Source of the DNA: Sphaeroforma arctica JP610
Taxonomy: Eukaryota
Direction: 5' to 3'
Assembly (NCBI RefSeq): GCF_001186125.1
Contig: NW_014040515.1
Location: 120,406-180,208 of the forward strand
Length of the DNA: 59,803 nt
Part shown: in pieces, positions 13,388 through 25,765 of the stretch
Position numbering within the stretch: the first letter of the stretch is position 1
How the letters are laid out: every line of letters begins with the position of its first letter
The notes under the pieces: generated by a model
The model's input: the letters and a program-made list of their open reading frames with translations, nothing else
The model's database searches: none
Told to the model about the DNA's origin: nothing
Position numbers and translations under genes: made by a program

Positions 13388-16027
13388 ATATGGGCAAATT
13401 TATATATGGGTATGGATAGGATGCATATATGATATATATATATGTAGGCAAATTTATGTACACGCACACACATCTATATATATTTATATATATGTAGGCA
13501 AATTTATGTACACGCACACACATCTAAATATATTTATATATATGTAGGCAAATTTATGTGGTCAAATTTATGTACGCCCACACACGTATATATATATATG
13601 TATTCATATATGTATATATTTATTTATTTATTTATCAAACTATGATTTTATTACCTCGTAGTCATGCTCAAATGTGCTTACGTTTCTCATTTATAGGGTA
13701 CCTCTGCATATCAAGCCGCATGGATTGTCGAGGAAGAGAACGACAGCGACGAGACTGATGCCGAACTAACCGACATGGATGATGACATGGACGACGTCGA
13801 AATGAACGAGGACTTCTACAATCCTCAGGCGAACAAGAAGGTCCACAACAATAACATAAGTGTTGCGAAAAGTGCGCCTTTGACTCTGAGCATGCTTGAG
13901 GGTCTGGCTAATGGCGATGCCGGTGCGGGTGTGAGCCGAGTGAAGGTGGACAGTGCGGAGGAGTTCGAGGACGTCGAGGGCGAGGAGACGCAGCAGCAGA
14001 TGTTCGAGAAGTACGACAAGGGCATGGACTACGAGAAGGAGCAGGAGATGTACGAAGACATGGTACGAGAGAGGCATCTGGCCCTCGCAGAGCAGGAGAA
14101 CGATGATCTGGAGTTCCCAGATGAGATTGACACGCCCGTGGACCAGCCCGCGCATATTCGATTTCAGAAGTTCCGAGGGTTGCAGAGTTTCAAGGACAGT
14201 AAGTGGGACCCGAAAGAGTCTTTGCCGCTGGACTATTCTAGGATATTCCAGTTTGACGACTTCAAGCGCACACACAAGCGTGTGCGTGTAGAGGCACAGA
14301 AGAACGGCATTGCGCCGGGGCAGTATGTGACTGTGTACATATCGAACGTACCGGCTGAGTTCGGCAGGCAGCTAGCAAACCCGAGTGGTATGTAGTTGTA
14401 GCAAGTAATGCTGTTGTAGGGTTTGTGGGATGTTCTAACTGATCGTTTATATGTATATGCGCATCCTTGTAGCTATCAGGCAGCCGCAAGTACGATGTTT
14501 GAGCTAGCAATCGCTACGAGATTTGGTAACATGTACTACAGTGTGCGTATTATATCCCGTATGTATATATATTTTTTGACATACCGATGTATGCATGTGT
14601 GTGCGTGATTCCTCGAAGGCTTGATTAAAACCTCGTATTTGAGTCTTGGGTGTATTTAATGCTACCCATATACTGCTACATGATATGAGGACATGCATTG
14701 TGAACGGGGTAAATTGTGTCGATACGGTCTGATGCGTATTGACGTGATTTTAGGCATATTAGTCGATTCAATGGCGTATCACAAGCGCAGCGTGTCTATG
14801 TTGTTATTCCTTGTATGTAATTATGCTATCAGTTGTAGTAGATAGATACCATCGATATGATCATCGTATATCCGGTTATGTACACATACTCGAGACAAGT
14901 TCCTTTCACGGACGCAACGAACCGCTCATATATATGTGTGTAGGGCTACATTTGGATGCACTTATTCACGCGGCCAAGTATTATTGATATTCATAAGGAT
15001 TCCTGTATCTCATCCACAGAGCAACACAGCAAGGTGCCCGTTGTGATGACGAATCTTCTGCGCCACGAGGGGAAGATGACGGTGGTCAATTTCACCATCA
15101 AGCGACACTCGACCAACGAGCGAGTTGTGAAGAACAAGGCTGATTTAGTGTATGTTACACCTCTGCGCACCTTCACGGCGTCCACTGTGTTCAGTCAGCA
15201 CACGCGCGGCGACAAGTTTAAGATGGAACGCTTTCTGCATGCGTCCCGCCCGATAGTGGCCAGTGTGTATGCACCGGTACACTTCGGTCACCTTCCCACA
15301 GTGGTGTTTGAGCGGATTGCGGGATCGAATACACTCAAGCTGCTGGCCCTGGGGTCCGTAAGCAGTGTGAACGCCGACCGAGTCAACCTGAAGAAGATTG
15401 TCTTGAGCGGAGCGCCATACAAGATCAACATCAGACACGCCACCGTGCGGTATATGTTCTTCAATACCCGTGATATTGCATGGTTCAAGTCGGTGGAGCT
15501 GTGGACCAAGGGTGGACTCAGGGGTCATATCAAGGAAACGTTGGGTATGTTTTATGGTTTGGCGCGTAGATATATGTTTTATGGTTTGGCGCGTAGATAT
15601 ATGTATACGAGCTTGACAACCAATCGCTTGATTTTATTTTTCTTTGGAGGACGTGCCCGCCATAGCAGTCTGATGATGTTAGTATTTTAAGGTCTTTTGT
15701 AGTCATCATATTTACAATTTTACTGGTTCGTTTCCTCTTTTCCTAATTAAATGTGCACGTCATTGTTATCGATCTCACTATAGTCCGATCTGCGGCATTT
15801 AATGTAGTACAACAAAGTCATATACCTTTGCGTTTTAAGGCATGTATGCTGATGAATATTATCCCTTCTCCATAGGTACACACGGACACATGAAGTGCTC
15901 ATTCAACGGAGCTATGCGTGCTGAGGATACAGTCTGCATGAGTCTGTACAAGCGTGCATATCCCAAGTGGAATTACTGTGACGGCGTGCGGGATGCGGAT
16001 GTAATAGACGAAGATATTTCAATGTAG
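11195..16027 (+). CDS. TSR1: Pre-rRNA-processing protein TSR1 (40S biogenesis, Bms1/Tsr1 family; ~847 aa, 4 exons)
   Basis: Exons 11195-12370, 13697-14387, 15020-15544, 15876-16027, total 2544 nt in frame. Motifs [92 protein letters not shown]. Confidence 0.96.
12735..13635. repeat. (TA)n/(TG)n low-complexity intron sequence (similar tracts at 1-245, 2770-3040, 20710-20930, 22590-23110, 25260-25435, 30985-31145, 38010-38410)
   Basis: Dinucleotide microsatellites that produce the spurious YIYI/CVCV ORFs. This tract also has local tatgtaggcaaatttatgtacacgcacac repeats at 13441-13585. Confidence 0.95.
15546..15605. repeat. 27-bp direct duplication at the start of TSR1 intron 3
   Basis: tatgttttatggtttggcgcgtagata occurs twice, beginning within the GT donor. 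Confidence 0.85.
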
Positions 16028-16999
16028 TTTAAATTAAAAATTATATAAAAATTGTGGATACTTCAGTTAGTGGGTGTTGCTATTTGTTGTACTCTTATGC
16101 GAGCCCAATCACTTCTTGAACTATTTATTAGACTCAGAATCGAAACTTTCAACAGGAAGTACTACCTATCACTTTAAAAGTTGTAAACGGCATGTCGTCC
16201 ATAGGGGTGGACAACAAGGAACCTCAAATCTATGTGAGGCGCCACAGTGAATAAAGGTGAATATCCTAGCACTGGGGCTCGAACAAGATGTGCACCATAG
16301 TTCTGCCATATGGAAAAAAAAGTTCTACATACCTGTCTGACGTTTTAAATTACAAGGACATGTAGCTGTATGGGTTTATTTACGGCGATTTGTGGTGTGT
16401 AGAACTGAAGATTGCGGTTTGTGACTTGCTGGCGTCGCTGCCCACATAGATTTCCTGTTGGCAAACCGCGAAGCTCGGCCCACGACTATTCACCAACACA
16501 TGGTCATACACAGTATTTTTATTTCAACTTTGTAAGTGTGCCAGCCCAGGCCACAGGGCCCCAAGGCCCAGGCCCGGTTGAAGTTTCATGTTTGCGTAGA
16601 AAAACTAAATATTTATATTCCGTAGACCGTAAGTCGAAAACCGTGTGCGTAAAAAGCCAAGAGTAGACAGTTTTGCCATAGATTCTGAGCGCTGCTCTTG
16701 ATAATGGGCCATGTATTTACTATTTAGTATTAGTCTATTGCAGATAATATTAAATATTTACATACATAGCAGAATTCTCAACTGTATTCATAGCATTCTA
16801 TTCTTCTATATCACAATATCAAACAAAGGCTATGCAATATTTCTCCGTCGTACGGAACTGCGGAGTGCGGATCGGACAAATATGTAGTCCATCAGCTCCA
16901 GAGTCTACTCTATGAAGTGCGTAGAGTAAAGTCAAGTGCTATGGTTGATTTTTTTTTTTCGATCAATCAAAATTGAGACATCGACTAGTTGACAACATA

Positions 17000-17310
17000 G
17001 TGTGAGTCTGTGAGAGACTGAGAGGATTCAGGATTGAGGATTCAGGATTGAGGTCTGACTGTCTGTCACTGTCTGAGAGGTCTGAGGAGCGAGGAGTGAG
17101 GACTGAAGACTCGGTCTCTCAGAGTCAGTGAGTCAGTGGACTCAAAACTGTGGTCCGTGACTGTGGGGCCTGGGGACTGGCCGAGTGGGCCCACGGGGTC
17201 ACAGCTGTCACTATGTCAGTCTGTCGCGCAGAAGTGTTCACTGTTCAGTGTTCACACTTTACATTCAGTCAGTGAGTTTACACCGTCACAGACAGGACTC
17301 CAGAGAGTGG
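17000..17310. promoter_or_regulatory. ApT-depleted CTGAG/GACTC/CAGTC-rich island upstream of the ankyrin gene (putative promoter signature)
   Basis: No ApT dinucleotide in 17049-17212, micro-duplications such as (gaggattcaggatt)x2, and TGAGTCA at 17129-17135. Similar islands lie near other gene starts. Confidence 0.4.
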
Positions 17311-17566
17311 CAAAAGGCGGTTGTTTTATATATAACTGGTTTTGTGATTGTAGACTTTTGTGGAATCCCACCCATTGTCAGCTGTCAAGAGGGGTTACAG
17401 ACATCTTGTTCACGTATTTTATATCTGTGAGCTTCAAAGAGTCCGAGCGTTAAGGTTACAATAGAGAATCGCACAGTCAGCGGCTTTGCGTGGATTATGG
17501 TACTTTTGTGATTTAAAGAGTACTGCCCGGAGGTGGTTACATCATAGCTGCCATCACACATCAATC

Positions 17567-18719
17567 ATGAAGACATCTCAAAGCCGATTACAGAATGCTA
17601 CTAGAATATACATTGCATTGAATCGACGTGAAAGTTGGGTATGTAGCAAACTTCTCCGCTGAGCTGACTATTGTTTATTATTTATTTCGATACCTACCAC
17701 ATCGCAGTATTCTTTTGTTGCCAGATTGCTGTCGCAAATGTTTGCAACCCCATAAATAGGCCCATCGTAATAAACAACGGCACATACATTGTATATACAG
17801 GTAAATGATGCATGCTTTAGCGTCGACGAATGTATGGACTTTGACGTGGACTGTACACTCAGAGAACACAATGGCGAGACCGTCTTATTCGCCGCATGCC
17901 GCACGGGAAACATAACCATGATGAACCACTTGTTCGCACGCGATGCGAATGTCAATATCATTAATTCTAACGGAGACCGTTGCATGGACATTGCGATTCG
18001 AAAAGGTGAGTTGATATGTTTCTTATATAGAGTATTTTTTTTGTCTGTTCATGCTTAATGATTCGATTGCCAAGTATGTGACATAGATATGCAGATGCTC
18101 ACTTTTGTTTCTTTCTGGTGTGACATTACAAGTTGCATGAGTGTTCTTTATTTCATTTTCTTGTCCACGTCTGATTAGATTATCGACTACGGTGCTCATA
18201 AGATAGAGTTGCAAATTCACTCCCTTTCTGATTTCCACAATCAGGTTGCATGACGTTTGTTTTCTGTTGTTCATCTACGAGGATGTATTTTACCGTTAGA
18301 CTACGGTATTATAGTTTTGTTGATGCTCATTCTGAGTTCTTCCTGGTGTACTCTCAGGTTGCATGGGTATTGTTAGGAAGATAGCCGAGCACTGCCTGGT
18401 CAAGGGCATCCCATACAAGGGATTGGATCACTCCACCACAACCGCTGAACTCAGTCAGCAACACGCCATTCGCAAGTATCTACAGAGTGTAGACTTTTGT
18501 GAGTACTTAAACACAATGGCAGAGCCGACATCGTCTTGTAAAACCTCAGAACTCGAATATATTTGTGACCTTATAGGCCTAAAGTTATCGCGGCAGAGTG
18601 AGGTCCACAAATTATCACTCGCTAGTCCTTCAGCAACCACTCTCTTGGCTGAAATGGGCAGTAGTATATATTCAAACAAGGATAGTGTGGCCGGTTGGGT
18701 GCTCCTTCAGCAATCGTAA
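17567..18719 (+). CDS. Small ankyrin-repeat protein (~212 aa, 3 exons)
   Basis: Exons 17567-17638, 17801-18005, 18358-18719, total 639 nt in frame with GT-AG sites. Ankyrin-like segments GETVLFAACRTGNITMMNHLFARDANVN and NGDRCMDIAIRKGCMGIVRKI. Confidence 0.75.
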
Positions 18720-19339
18720 CATCATAAATAGGCTAATCGGGCAAATAATTAGTACATAGTTGCATAGCCTCCTATATTAAAGATCCTAGTCATTTTAAGG
18801 AGACTATGGTATATAAAATGAGGTATTGTTTATATGATGTATTATCTGGCACTCACGTCGGAGGCAGTTGTTTCGATCCCGATGGCTTTAAGCTGAAGGA
18901 TAATATGGAAACTATACAATCTTCGATAAACAATACCGGTTGCTCACCAATAGTTTGCTCTCACTATTGATTAACCGATGATCACGCTGCGGTGCGCAAC
19001 GTGGTATTACCCACATAAAGGTCGACTTTCTCATTTCCTTGTGATAAGCGAAACTTGTGGTATTTCATAGTAGCTGGGAAATAGCAGGGTAGGCGTGTCA
19101 ACCTCATTAGAGCTGTAAAAATGGGTTGTGTGTTTCGTATTCCTTATGACGCCGCCACAACATCAAGCCTCTCAGTTGGACATGGCATGATCTGGCGTGG
19201 AGATCATCTACAGATGGTCTACTATTCATCATCTACAGAGGATCTAGTTTTCACAACGGCGAGGCAGATTCGTTGGTGGTCCGGAGTGTACGTCCAGGTG
19301 CCTATTGTGTTATGTCCCACGTGCTCCAAGTTATCATAC

Positions 19340-20761
19340 TGACTTACAGACGGACACAACTCAGCTGTGTGAAATTTCTGCGACAGGCAACTAGCTCAAT
19401 TCCAAGTCGGATCAGGTTGGGTAACCAAGGTTTATGCATGGTGTGTGCACGTATAGCGCACCTACGTAGACACTGGGTTTCCCCATACCCCCAGCCAGAA
19501 ATGGGATGGTGTAGCACTCCAGGACGCTCATTGCAAATCCCCCGAATTGCCGGCAAACGAAGGTGCACCACACCCTGGATGCACGGTTAAATATTCACTA
19601 GACGATAACCTCCAAACGGCCGTAGCACAAACCCACACATCACAAAGGGGCGGTTCCGTGCCCCGACTTCGGCACTACAGCAATCGTGAATGCACCCCAA
19701 TCGTCAAAAGTGTTGTAAAGAACAACCAGCACGATGGCTAGACCCACCATCCAGTTGTTTCTCACTACTCTGCGCTCCATGTTCCAACTGTTATCGGGTA
19801 CCTGCAAGGGAATGAAGCGCACCGGTTTTATAATATACTCGAATACAATGGCAATAAAACACAATATTAATAATGTGTCCTGTTGAACAGCGCCTCCGGA
19901 TGCTTCGATGAATATATACGCGCGGGAACAACCTCGTATTTACATAATTAGCTGAGCTGTAAAGATTGTCGTCCACTATATAGCAAAGCAGTTGAACAAC
20001 TAATGCGGCACATAATGGGAGACATAGAATGTAAACCTGTATTTAACATAGTGCGCGCGATACTAAGAATGTTGATACTTATGATACAACAATGTGTTTA
20101 TTTTTACGTAAAACAAGCTGTAAGAATATGCATCCACTGACTGTCAACTATACATACTACATTAGTTAACAAAGGAGGCTAGGTTGCAGTGTGAGGTGTA
20201 AAGATACGGCTTGTAAGAAACAAAAAGTATACAAAGAAGACCACCATCAGGGCGAACCCTGGTATTGTAAATGTATATCTATGCATATATAGGTCGACTT
20301 AAATTATCCAAGGTAGACATCCGAACGTAATACAATCACAAAAAGCGCACACTTACGAATTGCATATTGTTCATCGCAACAGTAGGCGGCGGTAATGGAC
20401 TCTGCAAGTAGTCGCTGGAATCGCGCCATTGACTGCTGCGGCTTCGCTCCAGGACAGTCTGTGTGCAAAGTGTGAGTGGTGATGAAATTGAAGCAAAGCA
20501 CGGTGCATGTAGTTTCATGGCATACTCTTACTCAAAATATCCCCGAACAAGCTTAGTAAAGCTTATTTGTGCGAAGAATAGGATGCAAAAATATATAAAA
20601 TCGTCGTATTTATTTCGGGTTAGAAACCATCTATATAATTCCGTTTATATTATCAAATAGTTATAGGACATGTACATTCATAAGTATAAAAACTAATAAA
20701 AAGCATACACAGGTACATATACATACATACATACATAAACACTACAATATATATATATATA

Positions 20762-20799
<38 letters not shown>

Positions 20800-20856
20800 T
20801 ATATATATNATNNNNNNNNNNNNNNNNNNNNNACACATATATATATATATATATAT

Positions 20857-20908
<52 letters not shown>

Positions 20909-21055
20909 ATGTATATGTGTGTGTCGGTATACATACTTGTCAATTAGAGAACAAAGTAAACCACACATACTTAAATATACTTTGATATTCACTATCTCGT
21001 CCCACACGTTGTAAGGTGGTATCGCGTCTCCGTTGATCCCTTTTAGGTTAAAAAT
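19340..21055 (-). pseudogene. Possible decayed spliced membrane-protein gene with faint MBOAT/wax-synthase resemblance
   Basis: Exon-like blocks with good splice sites (21055-20971 or 20981; 20458-20357 with cacag/gtaagt) and hydrophobic fragments FALMVVFFVYFLFLTS, LFPRVYIHRSIRRR, FEYIIKPVRFIPL, VLVVLYNTFDDW, YTIPFLAGG, broken by stops and frameshifts. Confidence 0.3.
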
Positions 21056-22016
21056 CTATGTTCAAAATTAATATCATCTACATCCCGCTTAGTAAACGTT
21101 TGTGGTCTAAGATATACGACTGAATACATAAGTCAGCACTGATTCCCTGCAGAAGTTCGCTCACCAAGGAGATACTTGTGAACGGAACGAACCCTTTTTT
21201 TTCTAACTCGTAATAGTATTGCGATCACAGAAACGACATATAATATTTATGGATCATTCATGCAAGAGCATGCTGCAGTAGAACACGTCCTACAATACCA
21301 TTTTTCGAGACTTTCTCTACAGATAGAAGCTTGCTAATTGTCGATTTGTGCTAACTTGAAGGCAAAGTGGCATTTCGGACGTCAGCGGCACAATTGAAAT
21401 ATGTACATATATATGAGAGTAAAATGTAGACTCATACATACATAGTGTAGTGTGAGGTATTTTTCAACAAAAAATAATTTACATCTCAGTTGTTCGAAAC
21501 TCCAAAAACTGATGACAGCATACTATTAGCGATATGATGTTCGGTACCAAATGGACCTCTAAATTTATTTTATATAAAAAACAACATTATAAAATTTATT
21601 CTCACACGTGCAGTAGTCAACTCGTGGACTCTCTCTTTGTGTAGAATCTAGGGGCCACTTCCCAGCCAAGTTACCAGGTGTCGCACAATAAATTGCATTT
21701 GAAATTATGACACATCTCGTGTCATGAATTTCATTGGATCGATGGTACATGCAGTTTGCAAAGCACCTAAATACGCAAATACATTCGCCAAAACGCTGTA
21801 GTACAGATTCTATTGTAGAACGCGTAGGAAAGTAAATACACAGTCCCTGCCATCTTCACCTCGGTCCCTACATCTACATCGGGACATATACTCGACCGCA
21901 ACACTGGCGTGTTATGCCATTGATAGCATAGGTGGCGGGCATCCCGACACAACATATCTATTCAATTTCCACTGTAAATTTTATCAATAGCACATAGTTC
22001 TCGCGTATCTGTCGAC

Positions 22017-22588
22017 ATGCTGCAGTCGGCAGTATGTTGGCGTTTGCCAACGAAGACCACAGTATGTATCAATACAAGACGTGGTTATGCGATGTTATAT
22101 CCGAAGATGAGGCGGTCTCGGATAGAGGGCGGGAGAGCTGGGTTCAAAGATTTTAACTGTTACATTGCTAATTTAGGTGCCCGGCAACGATTAGGTATAC
22201 ACACCACCACCGCACTATGGCAACAAGATGATATTGTACCGTCAAATGGTACATCCATTAGTGCGGATCAGAAAGAATCAGCTAGCGGTAAAGGGTATGG
22301 TGTTGTGAAAAAAGGTAATGTAGATATCAACAAAAAGGTGCGTACTGTGAGAAGCTTGCAACGTGCTGCGATGGCCGGCAAATACGAGACAATCGAATCA
22401 AAGGAGGTTTCGCTGAGTAAATTACGGAGTTTAGAAGAAACACGGCTGCAGAATCTGAAGGGTATGTTGTTAGCATAACTTGTAGATTATTGACTTAAAT
22501 GCGTGTATGTGTATCAGGTCCAATGTTACGCACGTATGGAGACATACAAGTACTTGTACACCCAGAGAAAATTGCGGACATTTACCCG

Positions 22589-22622
<34 letters not shown>

Positions 22623-25121
22623 TATTTTATGTATATATACGTGTGTGTATATATGTATATAAATACATATGTACATACACACACATACATATATATTTAT
22701 GTGTGTGTGTGTGTGTGTGTATTGGTCTATATATATATATATATTTGTATATATATACTTATACAAAAACATTTATTTATATATATGCGTACATACACCC
22801 CCCCCCACACACACATATATATATATATGTACATATGTATATCTATATGTATGTATGTATTAGTTTTTTTCCGGCGCAGAGGTGTAGATATATATGTGAT
22901 GTATATGTTCGTGTCTTTTTGTCTATATGTTTATATATTTATATAGATATAGACATATATATATATATGCGTGTGTGTGTGTGTGTATTCATATATAGAT
23001 ACATATAAAATTGATGTATGTGTGTGTTTATAGCTGTGTATATGTTCTTGTACGAATGTATATATATATATATATATGTAATATACTGTGATATCGTGTA
23101 TTCATATATAAATACATGAATGTATGTTTCGCTTTTGTATTTAAAAGTATTTTCCTGTTCGTGTGAATGTGAATGGGATATTCATTTACATATAGTGATA
23201 ATATTTTTATTTTTATATATAGATATTAACATTCGTATGTATTGGCATATATATATATATTCTACAAGTTTATTTGTTGTGTTGATTTTTATTTTCCTTT
23301 GCTGTCACAACTTTTTATTCAATTTGAATATACTACATATATCAGTAGTGGCATACTTGTGCATTATCTGTTCGGATGCACATGTTACACACCTATTCTT
23401 CCACATCGATTTTTCTCCGTCTGATGGAACGATTGATGAAGCTATTAATCTTCCGACGCTTGTTCTATGGTACGCTATTTAAATGGTCTTGAAATTTGTT
23501 GGGCACATATATTCTCGTATTTGTGAATCGACACGGTTTGTTTTTCTTCAAAATTATAAACACATACAACCAATGTCATTGAAAATTGATTCCAGTGTAC
23601 ATACACATCGAAACCAATTTCGCCAACTAATATATGTATATTGCTTTACCCACAGTCGGTATGCCGAGCGCGTCGGTAGCGCATATCCATCAATTCTCCA
23701 CGAAAGGCATGCTGGACTGGTACGACTTAAAGATTTGGCCAGTTCGCGATGCGAAAACTGGACTTGCAGCCTTTCTCGAATACGACCAGAAGCAAGAGAG
23801 AGAGGAGTCTGACAACAAGAAGGCGAAGAAAGCTGAGAAGCTCGAGATCGGTGGCCGTATGGACTCCATGTTATTCAGACACTACCAGCTGTGCCAGATG
23901 GTGTTGCACCGCGAGTCTGTGCTGCATCAAAAGTCTAGGACGGTACGACGGGATGAGGAGTACCGGGAAATTGAGCCAGATGTCAATGAGGACCGGTTTG
24001 TAGATCTCCTGGGCACTTACCTACCTCCCGATCTGGCCTTCGAAGAAAAATTTGACCTTGTGGTGGACTCGGCAGGCGAGGGAGAAAATAGTGTGTGCCC
24101 TATAGAAACGGCACTGACGATAAAGACCGGAGACGGTGAGACGGGATACAAGGTCACCACCTTGCAGGACAAACGCGCGAAAGCACGCAAATCGAAACGG
24201 GCGAAGAAAGTGCTGGAGGCGGAGGGTAGTGCCGATGAAGGGTTGTCTGATGCTGCTGCAGGGGCAAGTGTAGACGGAACGAGCGCGCCGGAGGGCAGTG
24301 TGGCACTGGAGATGACGAGGATGATGGATGGCAAACAAGAGGGGGGTGGGGTCGGAGGAGAAGGGACTGCGCTGAATGTTGGACAAGGAGATGGTGCACG
24401 GCAGGAAAGCGATGATGAGAAAGTTGCTGCCGGTGCTAAGGAGTCGGATGCACTTCATATCAACTTGGAAGATTGGCCGGAGAAGAGAGAAGGTATTCTG
24501 CGGGACTTGCAGCTCGGCAAGACAATAGGGGAGAAGCCCAAACCGGTGGCTACGAAGAAGCAGATAAGCAGACAGATGCCTCACATGTCCAAAGACGAGC
24601 GAGACGAGGAATGGAAACGACAGAAGGAGGAGGTCAAGGCAAATACGGTGGCGTGGAATAAAGCCACTAAGGCTTATGCGAGGGCTAAGAGAGAGTATGC
24701 GGCGTATTGTAGGGAAGCATACGTCCGCATGGACTGGCAAACGGAGCGTCGTCCAGAGCTGGCCACACGGCAGAAGCAGTGGCAGTTGATGACTCTGCAG
24801 ATTCTGCTGGGGATGCCTAAGAAGGAGCGAAAAGAGGCATTCGACTGGTTGGAATACCGTCACACTAGAGGCAAGGGTTATACGGCCGTGGGTGCGGAGA
24901 GGAATAGTAATGATAAAGGCAAAGCAAAGTACGAAGCGCATCTGGCTATCGAAAAGGAAGTGGTTGGTATGCTGCAGAAGCTGGACGAAGAACCGGAACA
25001 TGATGCAGAGGCTGGTTTACAGCACGTGTCGGCGTTGATGGGCTCTGAAAACGAGGATGAGTTACTGGAGGAGTACAAGAAATTTAACCGAAAGAGCAAG
25101 AAACGCAAGCGTGCGTATTGA
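22017..25121 (+). CDS. Hypothetical charged/helical protein (~636 aa, 2 exons), possible mitochondrial presequence
   Basis: Exons 22017-22461 and 23656-25121 (aag g|gtatgt ... cacag|tc), total 1911 nt in frame. The second exon is a long GC-rich open frame. The N-terminus is Arg/Thr-rich and acid-poor; the C-terminus is a basic KKFNRKSKKRKRAY tail. Confidence 0.8.
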
Positions 25122-25765
25122 TCCCCATTTAAAAATATTAGTGAGCATCCTTTGGAGGGGATATACTCAATGTTTGTTTGTCAATAAAGAAGCGCTCGAG
25201 TAAGTGCAAAATTGAATATAAAGTAACTGCATATATTATGTTCAAGTATAAATGCATAAACATATACATGAACATATATATATATATATCGATATATTTA
25301 TATAGACATATATATATATATATATATATGTATGTATAATTATATTTATTTATTTATTTATTTATACATATATATATGCTACATGTGATATATATGATAT
25401 ATAAATACTACATATATGTATATATATATATATGCAACATGTGATATAGGTAGCCGTAATGCGTACATTTTGTGGGACGCTAGTCACCGCCGATTCCGGC
25501 TGCACAATGTAAATGCACTTGTGTAGATCCCATAGAAACCCTTAGACCGCGTAGTCGACTGTAGTCGCGACGTTTGAAGTGTTGTCCCAGCGGCATGCCT
25601 GCACTGTGATATCAAGACCATGTACTGTCTGATTGCAATAGTCTCTAACCTGTACAACTTTAAGGTGCTATGCAGAGCTACCATACTCACCGCTAGGTTT
25701 ATTGACTTGCTACAAAAGTTAAACTGTTTGTCTACCATTCTGAGTTGTTGGATTCCGAAGTCGAT

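Noticed and set aside
24021..25001. Long antisense ORFs (also 33299-33934, 13766-14275, 11482-11796)
   Set aside because: They are shadows of GC-rich sense-strand exons and show no motifs.
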